From positions 1 to 34,836 of IMG/VR virus record IMGVR_UViG_3300014204_000008: 34,836 nt of DNA; one strand, written 5' to 3'. Positions 9,033-17,729 of this stretch are shown piece after piece. Made by a program: the position numbers and the translations under genes. How positions within the stretch are numbered: the stretch's first letter is position 1; each line of letters opens with the position of its first letter. The DNA comes from a virus. Its lineage: Duplodnaviria > Heunggongvirae > Uroviricota > Caudoviricetes. The notes below the pieces were generated by a model that saw nothing but the letters and a program-made list of their open reading frames with translations, did no database searches and was not told the DNA's origin.

Positions 9033-9562
9033 ATATTTCGACCTAGAAACTCTTCTAGCTGTTGAAGCGAATTATTTTTACTTCCATAAATTCTATGGAA
9101 TTCTTCATGGGATTCTTTTGACAATGTAATCCCATTATCTATAGCGAAACGAAGTTCTATATGAGATGAGAAATTTTTGATATGATGAGGATGAAGCTTC
9201 CCTCCCTTCACTCCTGTTTTCTGACATATCCAATTATCTCTAGCGAATACAGCTTCGCGCCATAAGCGATATTGGACTGAATCTCTTGCTTTTTCATTTT
9301 CAGTACATCTTCCACCCTTCCACTGGAGATTTTTAGATCCCTTATGAATATCACTTAGAATCTTTTTCACGTGTTCTGGGCACTTATGACCTTTTAAAGC
9401 CTTACTTAACTTCTTTTTAGTATCTTCTTTCACTTTATAACCTAGATGAGCACGTCGAATATTTTCTCTACCTTCTAAAGACATTGGCTTATGCTTTTTC
9501 CCTTTCATTTTTATACTCATCATCCTCTTCCATTCTTCAGAATGTTTTCTACCTTTCTTCAT
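9029..9562 (-). CDS. HNH endonuclease with NUMOD3-like basic N-terminal repeats
   Basis: GRKHSEEWKRMMS / HLGYKVKEDTKKKLSKALKG repeats; WREAVFARDNWICQ...LHPHHIK...RFAIDNGITLSKESH. Confidence 0.88.
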   Translation of the reverse strand: MKKGRKHSEEWKRMMSIKMKGKKHKPMSLEGRENIRRAHLGYKVKEDTKKKLSKALKGHKCPEHVKKILSDIHKGSKNLQWKGGRCTENEKARDSVQYRLWREAVFARDNWICQKTGVKGGKLHPHHIKNFSSHIELRFAIDNGITLSKESHEEFHRIYGSKNNSLQQLEEFLGRNI

Positions 9563-9564
9563 AT

Positions 9565-10431
9565 TTATGTTTTCAGTCTACTAATAAGTTGATTTTTCCA
9601 GTCTACTGGATAATTAGGGAATGGGGCAAATCGTTCGAGTTGCGAAATGAAGAAGTCTTGACGTTCGACTGCCCAGTTGTTCCAGGAATACCTATAACTT
9701 CTGCGTATCTCATCCTTTGATAGATGGTACATTCGTCCATATTTAGATCCCTTGTGTAGATGTGCGTACCACGTCTTCTTATTAACAACGACTTCTCCAC
9801 CCATAAAATACGTTTGGAAGCATACTTCTTCAGCCTCAGAACCCCATCCCTGATAAGCAATATCCATGAAACTACATTTCTTGAACCAATCGCGGCCCAT
9901 GAAAAAAAAACTTCCTTGACATGTAAGAATTTTATCAACCTCTATTTCCATTCGCTCCAAAGTACGTCTATCATTTCGAAAGCCATGCATCTCCTTACTT
10001 TCGATTAAACCCTTCCATAAGAAGTGTTCATAATCAATAGGTGGACGAGCATCCGATTGTTGCTGAAGGCACCAATTCTCAGCATCTAGACGATTGCGCC
10101 TAGGAACCTGAACTCGATTTTCGATATGATCACGAACAAGTACCTCATCGAAGCCTGGCGCGACCATAACGTGACCATCCATCCAACAAACATATTTCCC
10201 AGTAGCGTGTTCATTCACGACCTTATTAATTCCATGGCGTTTCTTCGAATAGTCTGTTTTTTCAAGTCTTACATAATGAACCCGTGGATCGTCCACGAGT
10301 TCACTTTCTAATGGTTCATACCCATCAAGTATCGGAAAAACCTCTATTTCTCCTTTTGCTTTTTCAAGAACATCCAGTATTGTTTTCTGTAAGAAGATCT
10401 CATTCTTGCTTGGTATTGCGATGGAGACCAT
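9565..10431 (-). CDS. GT-A glycosyltransferase, paralog of the N-terminal domain of 6651..8411
   Basis: VSIAIPSKNE; CWMDGH (DxH); WGSEAEEVCFQTYFMGGEVVVNKKTWYAHLHK shares NKKTWY with the other GT. Confidence 0.85.
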   Translation of the reverse strand: MVSIAIPSKNEIFLQKTILDVLEKAKGEIEVFPILDGYEPLESELVDDPRVHYVRLEKTDYSKKRHGINKVVNEHATGKYVCWMDGHVMVAPGFDEVLVRDHIENRVQVPRRNRLDAENWCLQQQSDARPPIDYEHFLWKGLIESKEMHGFRNDRRTLERMEIEVDKILTCQGSFFFMGRDWFKKCSFMDIAYQGWGSEAEEVCFQTYFMGGEVVVNKKTWYAHLHKGSKYGRMYHLSKDEIRRSYRYSWNNWAVERQDFFISQLERFAPFPNYPVDWKNQLISRLKT

Positions 10432-10456
10432 ATATTTTCATAATATGATTTATCAT

Positions 10457-10777
10457 TTATATCTTTTGTACTTTTTGATTTTTCTTCACAAATCTAGGAA
10501 TGAGCTGCTGAAGAAATGCACGTTTTTCTTCTGATGGATCTTCTTCTGCCTTTTTCTCTCGAATCTTGGCTAAAATATCCTTCCTAGATTCTGTTTTATA
10601 TCGTTTCTGAGCTTCTTTCTTTGATAAACTCATCTTACGAACAGCATCTAATCCGCCAGTAGCTTCTTCAGAACCGTCTTTAGCATATTTACCGAACAGA
10701 ACAGTACCTCTAGTCTTCTTTTGAATAGGATTGTTCGTGGTCTCAAACCATGTGACTTCATCAGATTGCTGTTTCAT
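10457..10777 (-). CDS. Hypothetical basic protein
   Basis: 106-aa ORF, co-oriented, tight gene packing. Confidence 0.7.
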   Translation of the reverse strand: MKQQSDEVTWFETTNNPIQKKTRGTVLFGKYAKDGSEEATGGLDAVRKMSLSKKEAQKRYKTESRKDILAKIREKKAEEDPSEEKRAFLQQLIPRFVKKNQKVQKI

Positions 10778-10786
10778 AGAAATATC

Positions 10787-10945
10787 TTAATACTTCTTCG
10801 AAGAAGTAGATTCCTTCATTCGTTTAAAAGCGTCCATAAGATAAGCACGCTTAGCTTTTAAACCCTTTGTCGTTGCTGCCATGTCTCCCTTTGTCTTTGG
10901 AAGAGTCGCTGAAGCAAGATTCTGTAATTTCTTAGGTTCAAACAT
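10787..10945 (-). CDS. Small basic hypothetical protein, 52 aa (MFEPKKLQNL...TSSKKY)
   Basis: Not in ORF track; fills the gap between 10777 and 10950 with an ATG after an AT-rich leader. Confidence 0.65.
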   Translation of the reverse strand: MFEPKKLQNLASATLPKTKGDMAATTKGLKAKRAYLMDAFKRMKESTSSKKY

Positions 10946-10949
10946 ATTA

Positions 10950-11930
10950 TTAGAGTTTTTCTCCTTTTAAGTTGAATAGATCTACTCCTTCTAGATCCTT
11001 GGAGGAAATCGTCCCAGTCTTTGCGATCAAATAACCTTCAGGAGATTTTTTAGATCGCACCATAAATGTACTATTGATAAGACTCGGATCATCTCTTCGC
11101 ATCTTCCCAGCGGCGAAAAGGAGGAATTCACCAGCATGATCACCATCTATCCTTTGATAGAGCATCCCTTCTTCGAATTTCATAGTATTTATTGGTTCTT
11201 CAATTAACTCTTCTACTGTCCATATGTAACAAGTAGAAAAGATGTAATCTTTAGCAAGTCTCTTTGTCCCTGGTTCATTATAATGGTCGAAGATGCCGAA
11301 TGTTCCATCGTCATACTTCTTATAGATCATGAATGCGTGATTTGGATTTGATTCAGATCTTGGATAGATGCCATTCACAGGTTGAGGCCAAGCAAATCCA
11401 CATGTCCAAATAGGAGAATACTTTAGATGTTCACGTATCTTTTCTGCCGTAGGTTCAAAATATTCACGACGAAAAATGAACTTCTTGTATATTTCTTTCC
11501 CTTTCTCGATGAGCGTAACTGGAATTTCTATGTAGAAGTCATCCCAGGATGAAGCCTCATTTGGATAAACGCTTTGTTCAAGAAGCCCAAAATACTTACG
11601 TACAGCTTCAGCGACAGCGAAGAATGTATTACCATCTTTCGATGTTTGGCTCATCTTTGCTGTGTAGCGATCAGAGAAATTCACCCTATAACCATACTTA
11701 CAGAAAATAATAGTCTCCAATACATTCAAAAGCGAGAAACTTACACAGGCCATCGAATCAAAATTCTTTCCATACTGTCTTTCAAAGATAGGAAGGTGAT
11801 CAGAATAGTCACCATCTTCATTGATAACGATTTTCTCTAAGCCAGAAATACCTCCAGCTCTCCATTCGAGAGGCGGAGGATTCTCAATAAGAAGACCAAA
11901 GTTCTTATTTTCAGTAAAGCTCGTATCCAT
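10950..11930 (-). CDS. Papain-fold cysteine peptidase, putative lysin
   Basis: Q...SMACVSFS (catalytic Cys), PNHAF (His), IFDHY; adjacent to holin-like genes. Confidence 0.7.
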   Translation of the reverse strand: MDTSFTENKNFGLLIENPPPLEWRAGGISGLEKIVINEDGDYSDHLPIFERQYGKNFDSMACVSFSLLNVLETIIFCKYGYRVNFSDRYTAKMSQTSKDGNTFFAVAEAVRKYFGLLEQSVYPNEASSWDDFYIEIPVTLIEKGKEIYKKFIFRREYFEPTAEKIREHLKYSPIWTCGFAWPQPVNGIYPRSESNPNHAFMIYKKYDDGTFGIFDHYNEPGTKRLAKDYIFSTCYIWTVEELIEEPINTMKFEEGMLYQRIDGDHAGEFLLFAAGKMRRDDPSLINSTFMVRSKKSPEGYLIAKTGTISSKDLEGVDLFNLKGEKL

Positions 11931-12017
11931 ATCTCTATCTACAAAGAATAGATAGAGGATAGACGCGAATACTACTTCTTCGGTGGCTTCGATTTACACT
12001 TTGAAATGATATACATA

Positions 12018-12311
12018 CTATCGACTATTAATGAATTCTCTAATCTGTGCAGAAAGTGTTGCAATGAGCGAGTTCGTATTTTCCATTTTTACCGTTAATG
12101 CTGTCAAAGCGATAGTTGATTGATTAATTGATTCTGCCTGGGTTTCAATTTGACCATCCTGTTTTGCATTTATACGTTCACACTGGATAGACCTCTCATT
12201 TATCTGAACAATGAATACGATTCCGGTTACAAGAAGACCGACGACCGAAACAACAAGTCCTAGCGGTATAAGTGTCTCTTTAGATATAAGTGTTTGTCGT
12301 TCTCGATCCAT
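12018..12311 (-). CDS. Single-TM coiled-coil membrane protein of the lysis cassette
   Basis: TM LIPLGLVVSVVGLLVTGIVFIV followed by a heptad-rich segment. Confidence 0.65.
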   Translation of the reverse strand: MDRERQTLISKETLIPLGLVVSVVGLLVTGIVFIVQINERSIQCERINAKQDGQIETQAESINQSTIALTALTVKMENTNSLIATLSAQIREFINSR

Positions 12312-12323
12312 AGTACATCTTTA

Positions 12324-12626
12324 TTACGTCTTCTTCTGAGCCTTGTACATGATGTGAGAACCTCCCCAAATAGCTATAAAGGCTAAAATAGACTCTATAA
12401 CACCTTGAAGCGATTCTGGCGTCATTGCACCAGAGGACCAGCCAAGTAACAACACTGAAAGTGCAGAGAGAACTCCAGAAAATGCTCGTATCTTTACAAC
12501 CATTCCTTCCTTCAGCCAAGGAACTTTATTAGAGAACTTTGCTATCTGCGTATAAGCGAATACTGCTGGAGCGGAGATAATGACGACACCGAGCATCGTA
12601 AGTATTTGATCAAAATTGATGTACAT
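12324..12626 (-). CDS. Holin-like protein (about 3 TM segments)
   Basis: 100 aa, three hydrophobic segments, basic C-terminus YKAQKKT, next to the peptidase. Confidence 0.65.
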   Translation of the reverse strand: MYINFDQILTMLGVVIISAPAVFAYTQIAKFSNKVPWLKEGMVVKIRAFSGVLSALSVLLLGWSSGAMTPESLQGVIESILAFIAIWGGSHIMYKAQKKT

Positions 12627-12647
12627 AGATGTATCTAATTGTTAATT

Positions 12648-12672
12648 TCCCCTCTTAGTCTATTCAAGGGGA
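12648..12672 (-). terminator. Stem-loop (TCCCCT/AGGGGA), possible terminator or processing site
   Basis: Inverted repeat in the intergenic gap; no U-tract. Confidence 0.3.
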
Positions 12673-12687
12673 GTAAGTGGAAATGCC

Positions 12688-12864
12688 TTAATCAGTAAGA
12701 CGTTTCGCGAGATCAAGATGTAGATACTCTACTGGTAACCTATCACTTTCAGGAGAAGTTTCTTCCGAAAGGTCTTCGGAGAGTTCAGGACACGGAATTG
12801 TATCTCGTGATATATCTCCTATAGAAAGTTCTACATCAGTTTTAATGTGCTCTTGTTCTTCCAT
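12688..12864 (-). CDS. Small acidic hypothetical protein, 58 aa (MEEQEHIKTD...LAKRLTD)
   Basis: Not in ORF track; preceded by AGGAGG about 5 nt upstream of the ATG. Confidence 0.6.
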   Translation of the reverse strand: MEEQEHIKTDVELSIGDISRDTIPCPELSEDLSEETSPESDRLPVEYLHLDLAKRLTD

Positions 12865-12887
12865 GACTTCCTCCTATCGAGAAAGGA

Positions 12888-13394
12888 CTAGACAGCGTTG
12901 ATTGATGCTCCTTCAGAAAGAGGTCTCCATTCGACAAAGAATTGGATAACACCAGATGTTGGAGTTTGATTCGTCGTATAGACAAATTCGATATCCGTAT
13001 TGGCACTACTCTTCTTTACAAGAACAAACGGAGAGAAGAATGATGTTTCGAGTGTTGTCGGTTCTGAGATAGCACCAGCAGCAGATGATTTAAGAACCAA
13101 AGCATTCGCTGCCAAATCCTTTTTTACGATGATAGACCCAGCAGGAGCTGAAGAAAGTGTCGTTCCAGTACTAACCGTAATATTCACTTGAGCCGTTTGA
13201 TCATTCAAACGCCAATAAGCAGCTGTATTGTTTGAACCAAGAGCGGTTGTAACAACTCCCCAAAGGGCAACAACGTCCACAGCACCAATAATACGAAAAA
13301 TTGGAACTGCCGCAGTCGTATTATTCGCTGAGAGCGTTTTCGATACTGTCTGTACAAACGTTCTCTGAGCGTCTTTAGAGATAAATATGGACAT
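12888..13394 (-). CDS. Putative virion structural protein (beta-rich)
   Basis: 168 aa, Thr/Ala/Val-rich, within the structural block. Confidence 0.65.
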   Translation of the reverse strand: MSIFISKDAQRTFVQTVSKTLSANNTTAAVPIFRIIGAVDVVALWGVVTTALGSNNTAAYWRLNDQTAQVNITVSTGTTLSSAPAGSIIVKKDLAANALVLKSSAAGAISEPTTLETSFFSPFVLVKKSSANTDIEFVYTTNQTPTSGVIQFFVEWRPLSEGASINAV

Positions 13395-13417
13395 TGCTGT
13401 TTGAATTACTTATTAAC

Positions 13418-13801
13418 CTACTCCATTCTAGATGGATCTTGGATCTGCATTAAGACTTCTACAATCGCTTTATCTGTCGAGGACATGAGTGAAATACCAT
13501 CTTTAATCCTTGCTTCAATAACCTCTTTAAGGAACTCTGCCTTTTCATCTGAAAGTTCCAATTTGAGTTCAACATCCGTTATTGCAGTACCCTCATCATC
13601 AACTCCCCAAGCAAGATTACCATTTTCAAGTCTCTTGAAATTAATTGTCTTTTCTTCTTCAGGAGAAAGCTCCAATTGCTCAGTAATCTTTAAACCGCGA
13701 TTGAATTTCGACATATCGTTAATCTTATGACCCTTTAATGCCATGAGAGAAGCGATACGCTGCATCGTGTTGAGATTGAGTTTATACATAGATTTGTTCA
13801 T
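13418..13801 (-). CDS. Hypothetical protein, possible fibre-assembly chaperone
   Basis: 127 aa, charged and helical, directly downstream of the fibre gene. Confidence 0.6.
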   Translation of the reverse strand: MNKSMYKLNLNTMQRIASLMALKGHKINDMSKFNRGLKITEQLELSPEEEKTINFKRLENGNLAWGVDDEGTAITDVELKLELSDEKAEFLKEVIEARIKDGISLMSSTDKAIVEVLMQIQDPSRME

Positions 13802-13809
13802 TCGTTATA

Positions 13810-13833
13810 GGGAGGGGATGTGATACCCCTCCC
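13810..13833. terminator. GC-rich stem-loop GGGAGGGG/CCCCTCCC
   Basis: Perfect 8-bp inverted repeat between 13849 and 13801. Confidence 0.45.
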
Positions 13834-13837
13834 ATCT

Positions 13838-13846
13838 ATTATATCA
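13838..13846 (-). promoter_or_regulatory. Extended -10 motif TGATATAAT (followed by AGATGG)
   Basis: Exact TGnTATAAT starting just after the upstream stop codon. Confidence 0.55.
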
Positions 13847-13848
13847 GA

Positions 13849-15732
13849 TTAGACCATCGCAACCCAAACATTCGTACCCGTGCAGTATTCAGGCTTATTT
13901 GCAGCACCGTTGATGAGAATATCACCAGCTGTAGCTGTAAGAACACCATTTGCACCGTTTCCATTACCAATCCAGATAGTAACACCATTCGCTTCAGCGA
14001 ACTTGAAGTAATTAGTTGTCTGAGCTACTCCAGTCGTCTTAATTGGAGCTGCCGTAGAGTCATTTACGACCTCAAGAGGTGATGTACCAGTGGCTGAGGC
14101 ATGATCATTCTTAATGTAGACGAGCGAACGCGCTGTGGCATCTGCTGAATTCGATACGACATTGATCGCTTTTCCAGTCACCAATGCATCAAGACCACCA
14201 AGATCTAATACTGTAGCCGTTGTCGCAGAAGAAGCGGAGAGATCGAGAACAACACCAGCAGCAAGAGCGGCTGAAGCTGTCACACGAAGGACAACTGTCT
14301 CATCTGTTGCGGCAGAACTAAACTCGTTCAAGACAGCTGAAGTCCCAGTCGTACCAGAATGACTAGATAAGAACAATCTTCCTGTATTTGTAATTGCTGT
14401 AGCAGAAGAAGCAACCTTAATCGCCTGACCTTCTGTAAGAGCATTTACTGTTACAAGGATGACACCAGCAGCCGTTGTAGCAGAAGAAACGATGTTCAAA
14501 GCCTTACCAGCGACAGCAGAATGAGTAACCTTTACACCATCCCCAGTCCCTAGAGAATCCATGACGATCTCGATACCATTCGTCGTATCAGTCACTGTTC
14601 CAGATGTGTTGGTAACAGCATTTTCGACATAGAGAACCGAACCGGCGGCAGACATGGAACCAGCTCCGTTGATAATATCCGTACGGATAATCGAACAAAG
14701 ATCCCAGTCATCAGCAACTGTACCAGTTGTTGTCGTTCGAGAAGAGCTGATCGTGACACCATTACCGATCTTATTTACCGTACCAGTAATAGCTGTTGCC
14801 GTAAGATCGAATGTTGCGACAGTACCAGAAGTGATAGCGCAATTTGCACCAGTATCCTGTACATAGAGAAGCGTACCAGTTGTCTGGGATGCGCCAGCAG
14901 AGATATGAAAACCCTTTCCTTCTGTCAGAGCGGCAAGCGGCTCGTAAACACCAGTACCAGTCGTGAGACCAGACGGTGTAATCGTCATGAAGGAACTTGT
15001 CGTGTTTCCAGTAAATGCTCCATTACCAACAAATACAACGACAGAGGCAGAGGTGGCTGAATTGTTCGTAACCGTCAAAGCAACCGCGTTAGAAGCTCTT
15101 GTGAGGCTCGTAGCACCATTGGTAACGGTGACATTACCAGCAGTAACTGTCGCATTACCTGATGTAAGAACGAGGTGGCCAGAAGTTAGAACAGCATCTC
15201 CAGCAGTGAGGGTCAAAGCTGCTGTTGCGGCAGCAGATCCGGCAATAGTCGTAGCACCATTTTCTGCGATCGTGAACACGGCAGCTGGAGCATCTGTCTG
15301 AACACACTTCAAGAATGCACCACCATTTAAAGCCGATTCATCCAACTGAAGACGGAGGAGATCTCCAGATGTTAACGTATCAGAAGAGATAACGAATACA
15401 CCAGCATCTTCCGTTGTTCCATTTCCGAACGTCGTAACAGTATCGTTCTGTACAATGACGGAAGCAGCAACATTTGAATTATCAGTGATAGCGACCTGGC
15501 CATCAGACACGGTGATGCCTCCAGTCGTGATCGTGACAGCCTCAGCTGCGGTAATCGTGCCAGCAAACGTTGTAGCTGTTCCGGTTGCACCAATCGTAAG
15601 AGGTGTCCCAGTCAAAAACTGGGTAATTGTACATTTCTTAGAACTTGTATCACTCGAATCAACAAGATAGAGCGAGTCGGCAGCCACTGGAGCTGCTTTT
15701 GCGGAAAGATCCGAGACTTTTATGTTTGCCAT
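13849..15732 (-). CDS. Tail fibre/spike-like protein
   Basis: N-terminus MANIKVSDLSAKAAPVAADSLYLVD is of the type seen at phage fibre starts; Thr/Ala/Gly-rich beta repeats (G.LLY..DT, G.AL.I.S). Confidence 0.7.
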   Translation of the reverse strand: MANIKVSDLSAKAAPVAADSLYLVDSSDTSSKKCTITQFLTGTPLTIGATGTATTFAGTITAAEAVTITTGGITVSDGQVAITDNSNVAASVIVQNDTVTTFGNGTTEDAGVFVISSDTLTSGDLLRLQLDESALNGGAFLKCVQTDAPAAVFTIAENGATTIAGSAAATAALTLTAGDAVLTSGHLVLTSGNATVTAGNVTVTNGATSLTRASNAVALTVTNNSATSASVVVFVGNGAFTGNTTSSFMTITPSGLTTGTGVYEPLAALTEGKGFHISAGASQTTGTLLYVQDTGANCAITSGTVATFDLTATAITGTVNKIGNGVTISSSRTTTTGTVADDWDLCSIIRTDIINGAGSMSAAGSVLYVENAVTNTSGTVTDTTNGIEIVMDSLGTGDGVKVTHSAVAGKALNIVSSATTAAGVILVTVNALTEGQAIKVASSATAITNTGRLFLSSHSGTTGTSAVLNEFSSAATDETVVLRVTASAALAAGVVLDLSASSATTATVLDLGGLDALVTGKAINVVSNSADATARSLVYIKNDHASATGTSPLEVVNDSTAAPIKTTGVAQTTNYFKFAEANGVTIWIGNGNGANGVLTATAGDILINGAANKPEYCTGTNVWVAMV

Positions 15733-15750
15733 TTTCGTGTTTGTTAAGTG

Positions 15751-15834
15751 TTATTTCCCATTTGCATGTCGCTTTCTATGACATGAGATACATAAAGTTC
15801 TCCCATTATCTATAGCAAAACGAAGTAATGCCAT
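15751..15834 (-). pseudogene. C-terminal remnant of an HNH endonuclease (MALLRFAIDNGRTLCISCHRKRHANGK)
   Basis: Shares CCCATTATCTATAGC[A/G]AAACGAAGT (+ strand) and LRFAIDNG with the HNH at 9029..9562. Confidence 0.75.
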
Positions 15835-15836
15835 AT

Positions 15837-16841
15837 TTAGTTTTCGATAGCCATCATAGATCCATCTTCGAGAAGAAGAGCATCACCAGTTTCAAGAAGA
15901 ACGTATCCAGAATAGCCACCTCCGACACCATCATAGAAGAGATCGAGAACGAGATCTCCAGCAGTACCAGCCGTATAAGTTGAAAGTGTCGTTGAATTTG
16001 CTACGGTAATTCCATCTGCGAATAATTTTCCATTAGAACCAAATATTTCAGCCCCAACAGACACAGAACTATTCGCAGGAACGGGTACTTTCCAAGCTGC
16101 TGTTTCAGATCCACTAAGCGTCGTTGTTGTGTTGTGGAGCTGAAAATAGCGTTCTGCTCCAGTTGTATTTGTTACTGTAAAACTATAAACACGACCTTCT
16201 ACGCTTTTTACATTAGCTGATTGGAACGAATTGTTCTGAAAAGGAGCATATGCGACACCAGTTCCAGGAAGAGACACCGTTGATACGGTTATTTCACTTG
16301 GGAACCCTGCATCTTCATAAATATGTGCTCCAAGAAGATCATAACCGTAAAAGAGCATCGAATCTGCGTTATCATTTTTGACATAGATGCTCATTGCCTT
16401 ATTCGGAGCATCTTCACCTGTAAAGGTGGCTACACACGAAGAATTGATATAAAATTTCACGAAACTTGCTGAAAATACGATTTGAAATACTGTATGTTCA
16501 GCTACCCAGTCATTATTGAAGACAAGTGTCGTAGAATCGGTGTGACCATTTTCATCTGAAACTTTTGCTGAAAATGTTGTACCGCTTATATCAAAGAGAG
16601 CATAAGAGCCACTAGAAAAGCTCTTAAATCCAAACTGTCTTTCATCCCCAGCTGTTGGAGCAGTAGGAAGAGAGAGTTCGAGACGTAGATCTCCTAGTGA
16701 AACATCTGCCAATTCGAGAATAGAGGCCTGACTCAATAGAATCTGGTCTCCGCTAGCTACTGGTGTCCCACCGACAGTTTTCCATCTCGACGACGAAATG
16801 CCATCTCTCATGGGATCAAAATAACGAGTTTTACGCTCCAT
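15837..16841 (-). CDS. Virion structural protein with lectin/concanavalin-like beta sandwich
   Basis: HTVFQIVFSASFVKFYINSSCVAT-type strands; C-terminal VLLETGDALLLEDG motif, common in phage structural proteins upstream of fibres. Confidence 0.65.
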   Translation of the reverse strand: MERKTRYFDPMRDGISSSRWKTVGGTPVASGDQILLSQASILELADVSLGDLRLELSLPTAPTAGDERQFGFKSFSSGSYALFDISGTTFSAKVSDENGHTDSTTLVFNNDWVAEHTVFQIVFSASFVKFYINSSCVATFTGEDAPNKAMSIYVKNDNADSMLFYGYDLLGAHIYEDAGFPSEITVSTVSLPGTGVAYAPFQNNSFQSANVKSVEGRVYSFTVTNTTGAERYFQLHNTTTTLSGSETAAWKVPVPANSSVSVGAEIFGSNGKLFADGITVANSTTLSTYTAGTAGDLVLDLFYDGVGGGYSGYVLLETGDALLLEDGSMMAIEN

Positions 16842-16888
16842 AGGAGTTTGATGTTTGTTTTAGAACCACAGTGAATTTACTCATATCA

Positions 16889-16931
16889 TCTGGTTAGGTT
16901 GGTCGAACTTTTTTTTCTTCAACCAACCAGA
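16889..16931. other. Intergenic stem-loop
   Basis: TCTGGTT(A)GGTTGGTCGAA...TTCAACCAACCAGA imperfect inverted repeat. Confidence 0.5.
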
Positions 16932-16948
16932 CAGAAGACATCACGAAG

Positions 16949-16966
16949 TACCTATCTATTATAGCA
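16949..16966 (-). promoter_or_regulatory. Extended -10 motif TGCTATAATAGATAGGTA
   Basis: Exact TGnTATAAT; 17 of 18 positions identical to 6115..6132. Confidence 0.6.
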
Positions 16967-16975
16967 GATTTTAGG

Positions 16976-17662
16976 CTATGCAACCATTCCCTTCGCTGGT
17001 CTACCACGACGCTTTTGGGCAATCTGTGGTTCTTCTATTTCTTCACCATCCTCAGCAAAATCATCTTTTATCTTTGTACTCTCTTCGTAAGATAAAGGAG
17101 AAATTGGTTCTGGAATTTCTATATCAGGTTCGGTAGGAAACTGAGTAGCCGTTTGAGAAGAATCAGTTGTTCCAACAGTTTTAGGAAGTTCATCCGTCTT
17201 AACAGGAGTAGACGGGCCTGGCTGAGAAGCTTTGTTAATCAAACCAGAAAGAATCTCTTTCACCTGTTCCTGCGTTCGAGACGCTACAATCTTATTGATA
17301 TAACTCTCAATCTCAGGACTAAACGTAACCTTAGGTTCACTTTTAATACGACCAGTAGCCTGACCAAACTGCATCTCTGTAATGACATGCACTGGTTCAG
17401 ACTCACGTCGTGTTGCTCTATAAGGATCATTGTTTAAGGCTGCATCAGAAGATGTGAAATCTCTATTGAAAGCTGGATGTTTAAGCATCGCTTCAATAAG
17501 TGTCTCTTCTGGAACATCAGCCACTCCGTCTGAGAAACGAACAGAGATCCCCTGTTCTGGAAGTTTGCCAGCAAAGATATTCCCAGGTAGAGACGGTCTA
17601 ATTACGAGCAGATAGTTCGAACTTTTAGAGAAAAAACGCATATATTTCATTTTAAGGGACAA
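16976..17662 (-). CDS. Hypothetical protein with acidic Pro-rich tail ending in an AT-hook-like KRRGRPAK
   Basis: 228-aa ORF in the head block. Confidence 0.75.
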   Translation of the reverse strand: MSLKMKYMRFFSKSSNYLLVIRPSLPGNIFAGKLPEQGISVRFSDGVADVPEETLIEAMLKHPAFNRDFTSSDAALNNDPYRATRRESEPVHVITEMQFGQATGRIKSEPKVTFSPEIESYINKIVASRTQEQVKEILSGLINKASQPGPSTPVKTDELPKTVGTTDSSQTATQFPTEPDIEIPEPISPLSYEESTKIKDDFAEDGEEIEEPQIAQKRRGRPAKGMVA

Positions 17663-17692
17663 GGCCCAATAAGATTATTTTCATGATACAGG

Positions 17693-17724
17693 AAAAAGGG
17701 GAGAGACATGAAGCCACTCCCCTT
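17693..17724 (-). terminator. Probable intrinsic terminator
   Basis: Minus strand GGGGAG-loop-CTCCCC followed by TTTTT, immediately after the stop at 17730. Confidence 0.65.
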
Positions 17725-17729
17725 CTACC

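Noticed and set aside
11972-12016. 14-codon ORF MYIISKCKSKPPKK as a spanin or lipoprotein
   Set aside because: Too short and has no signal peptide or lipobox.
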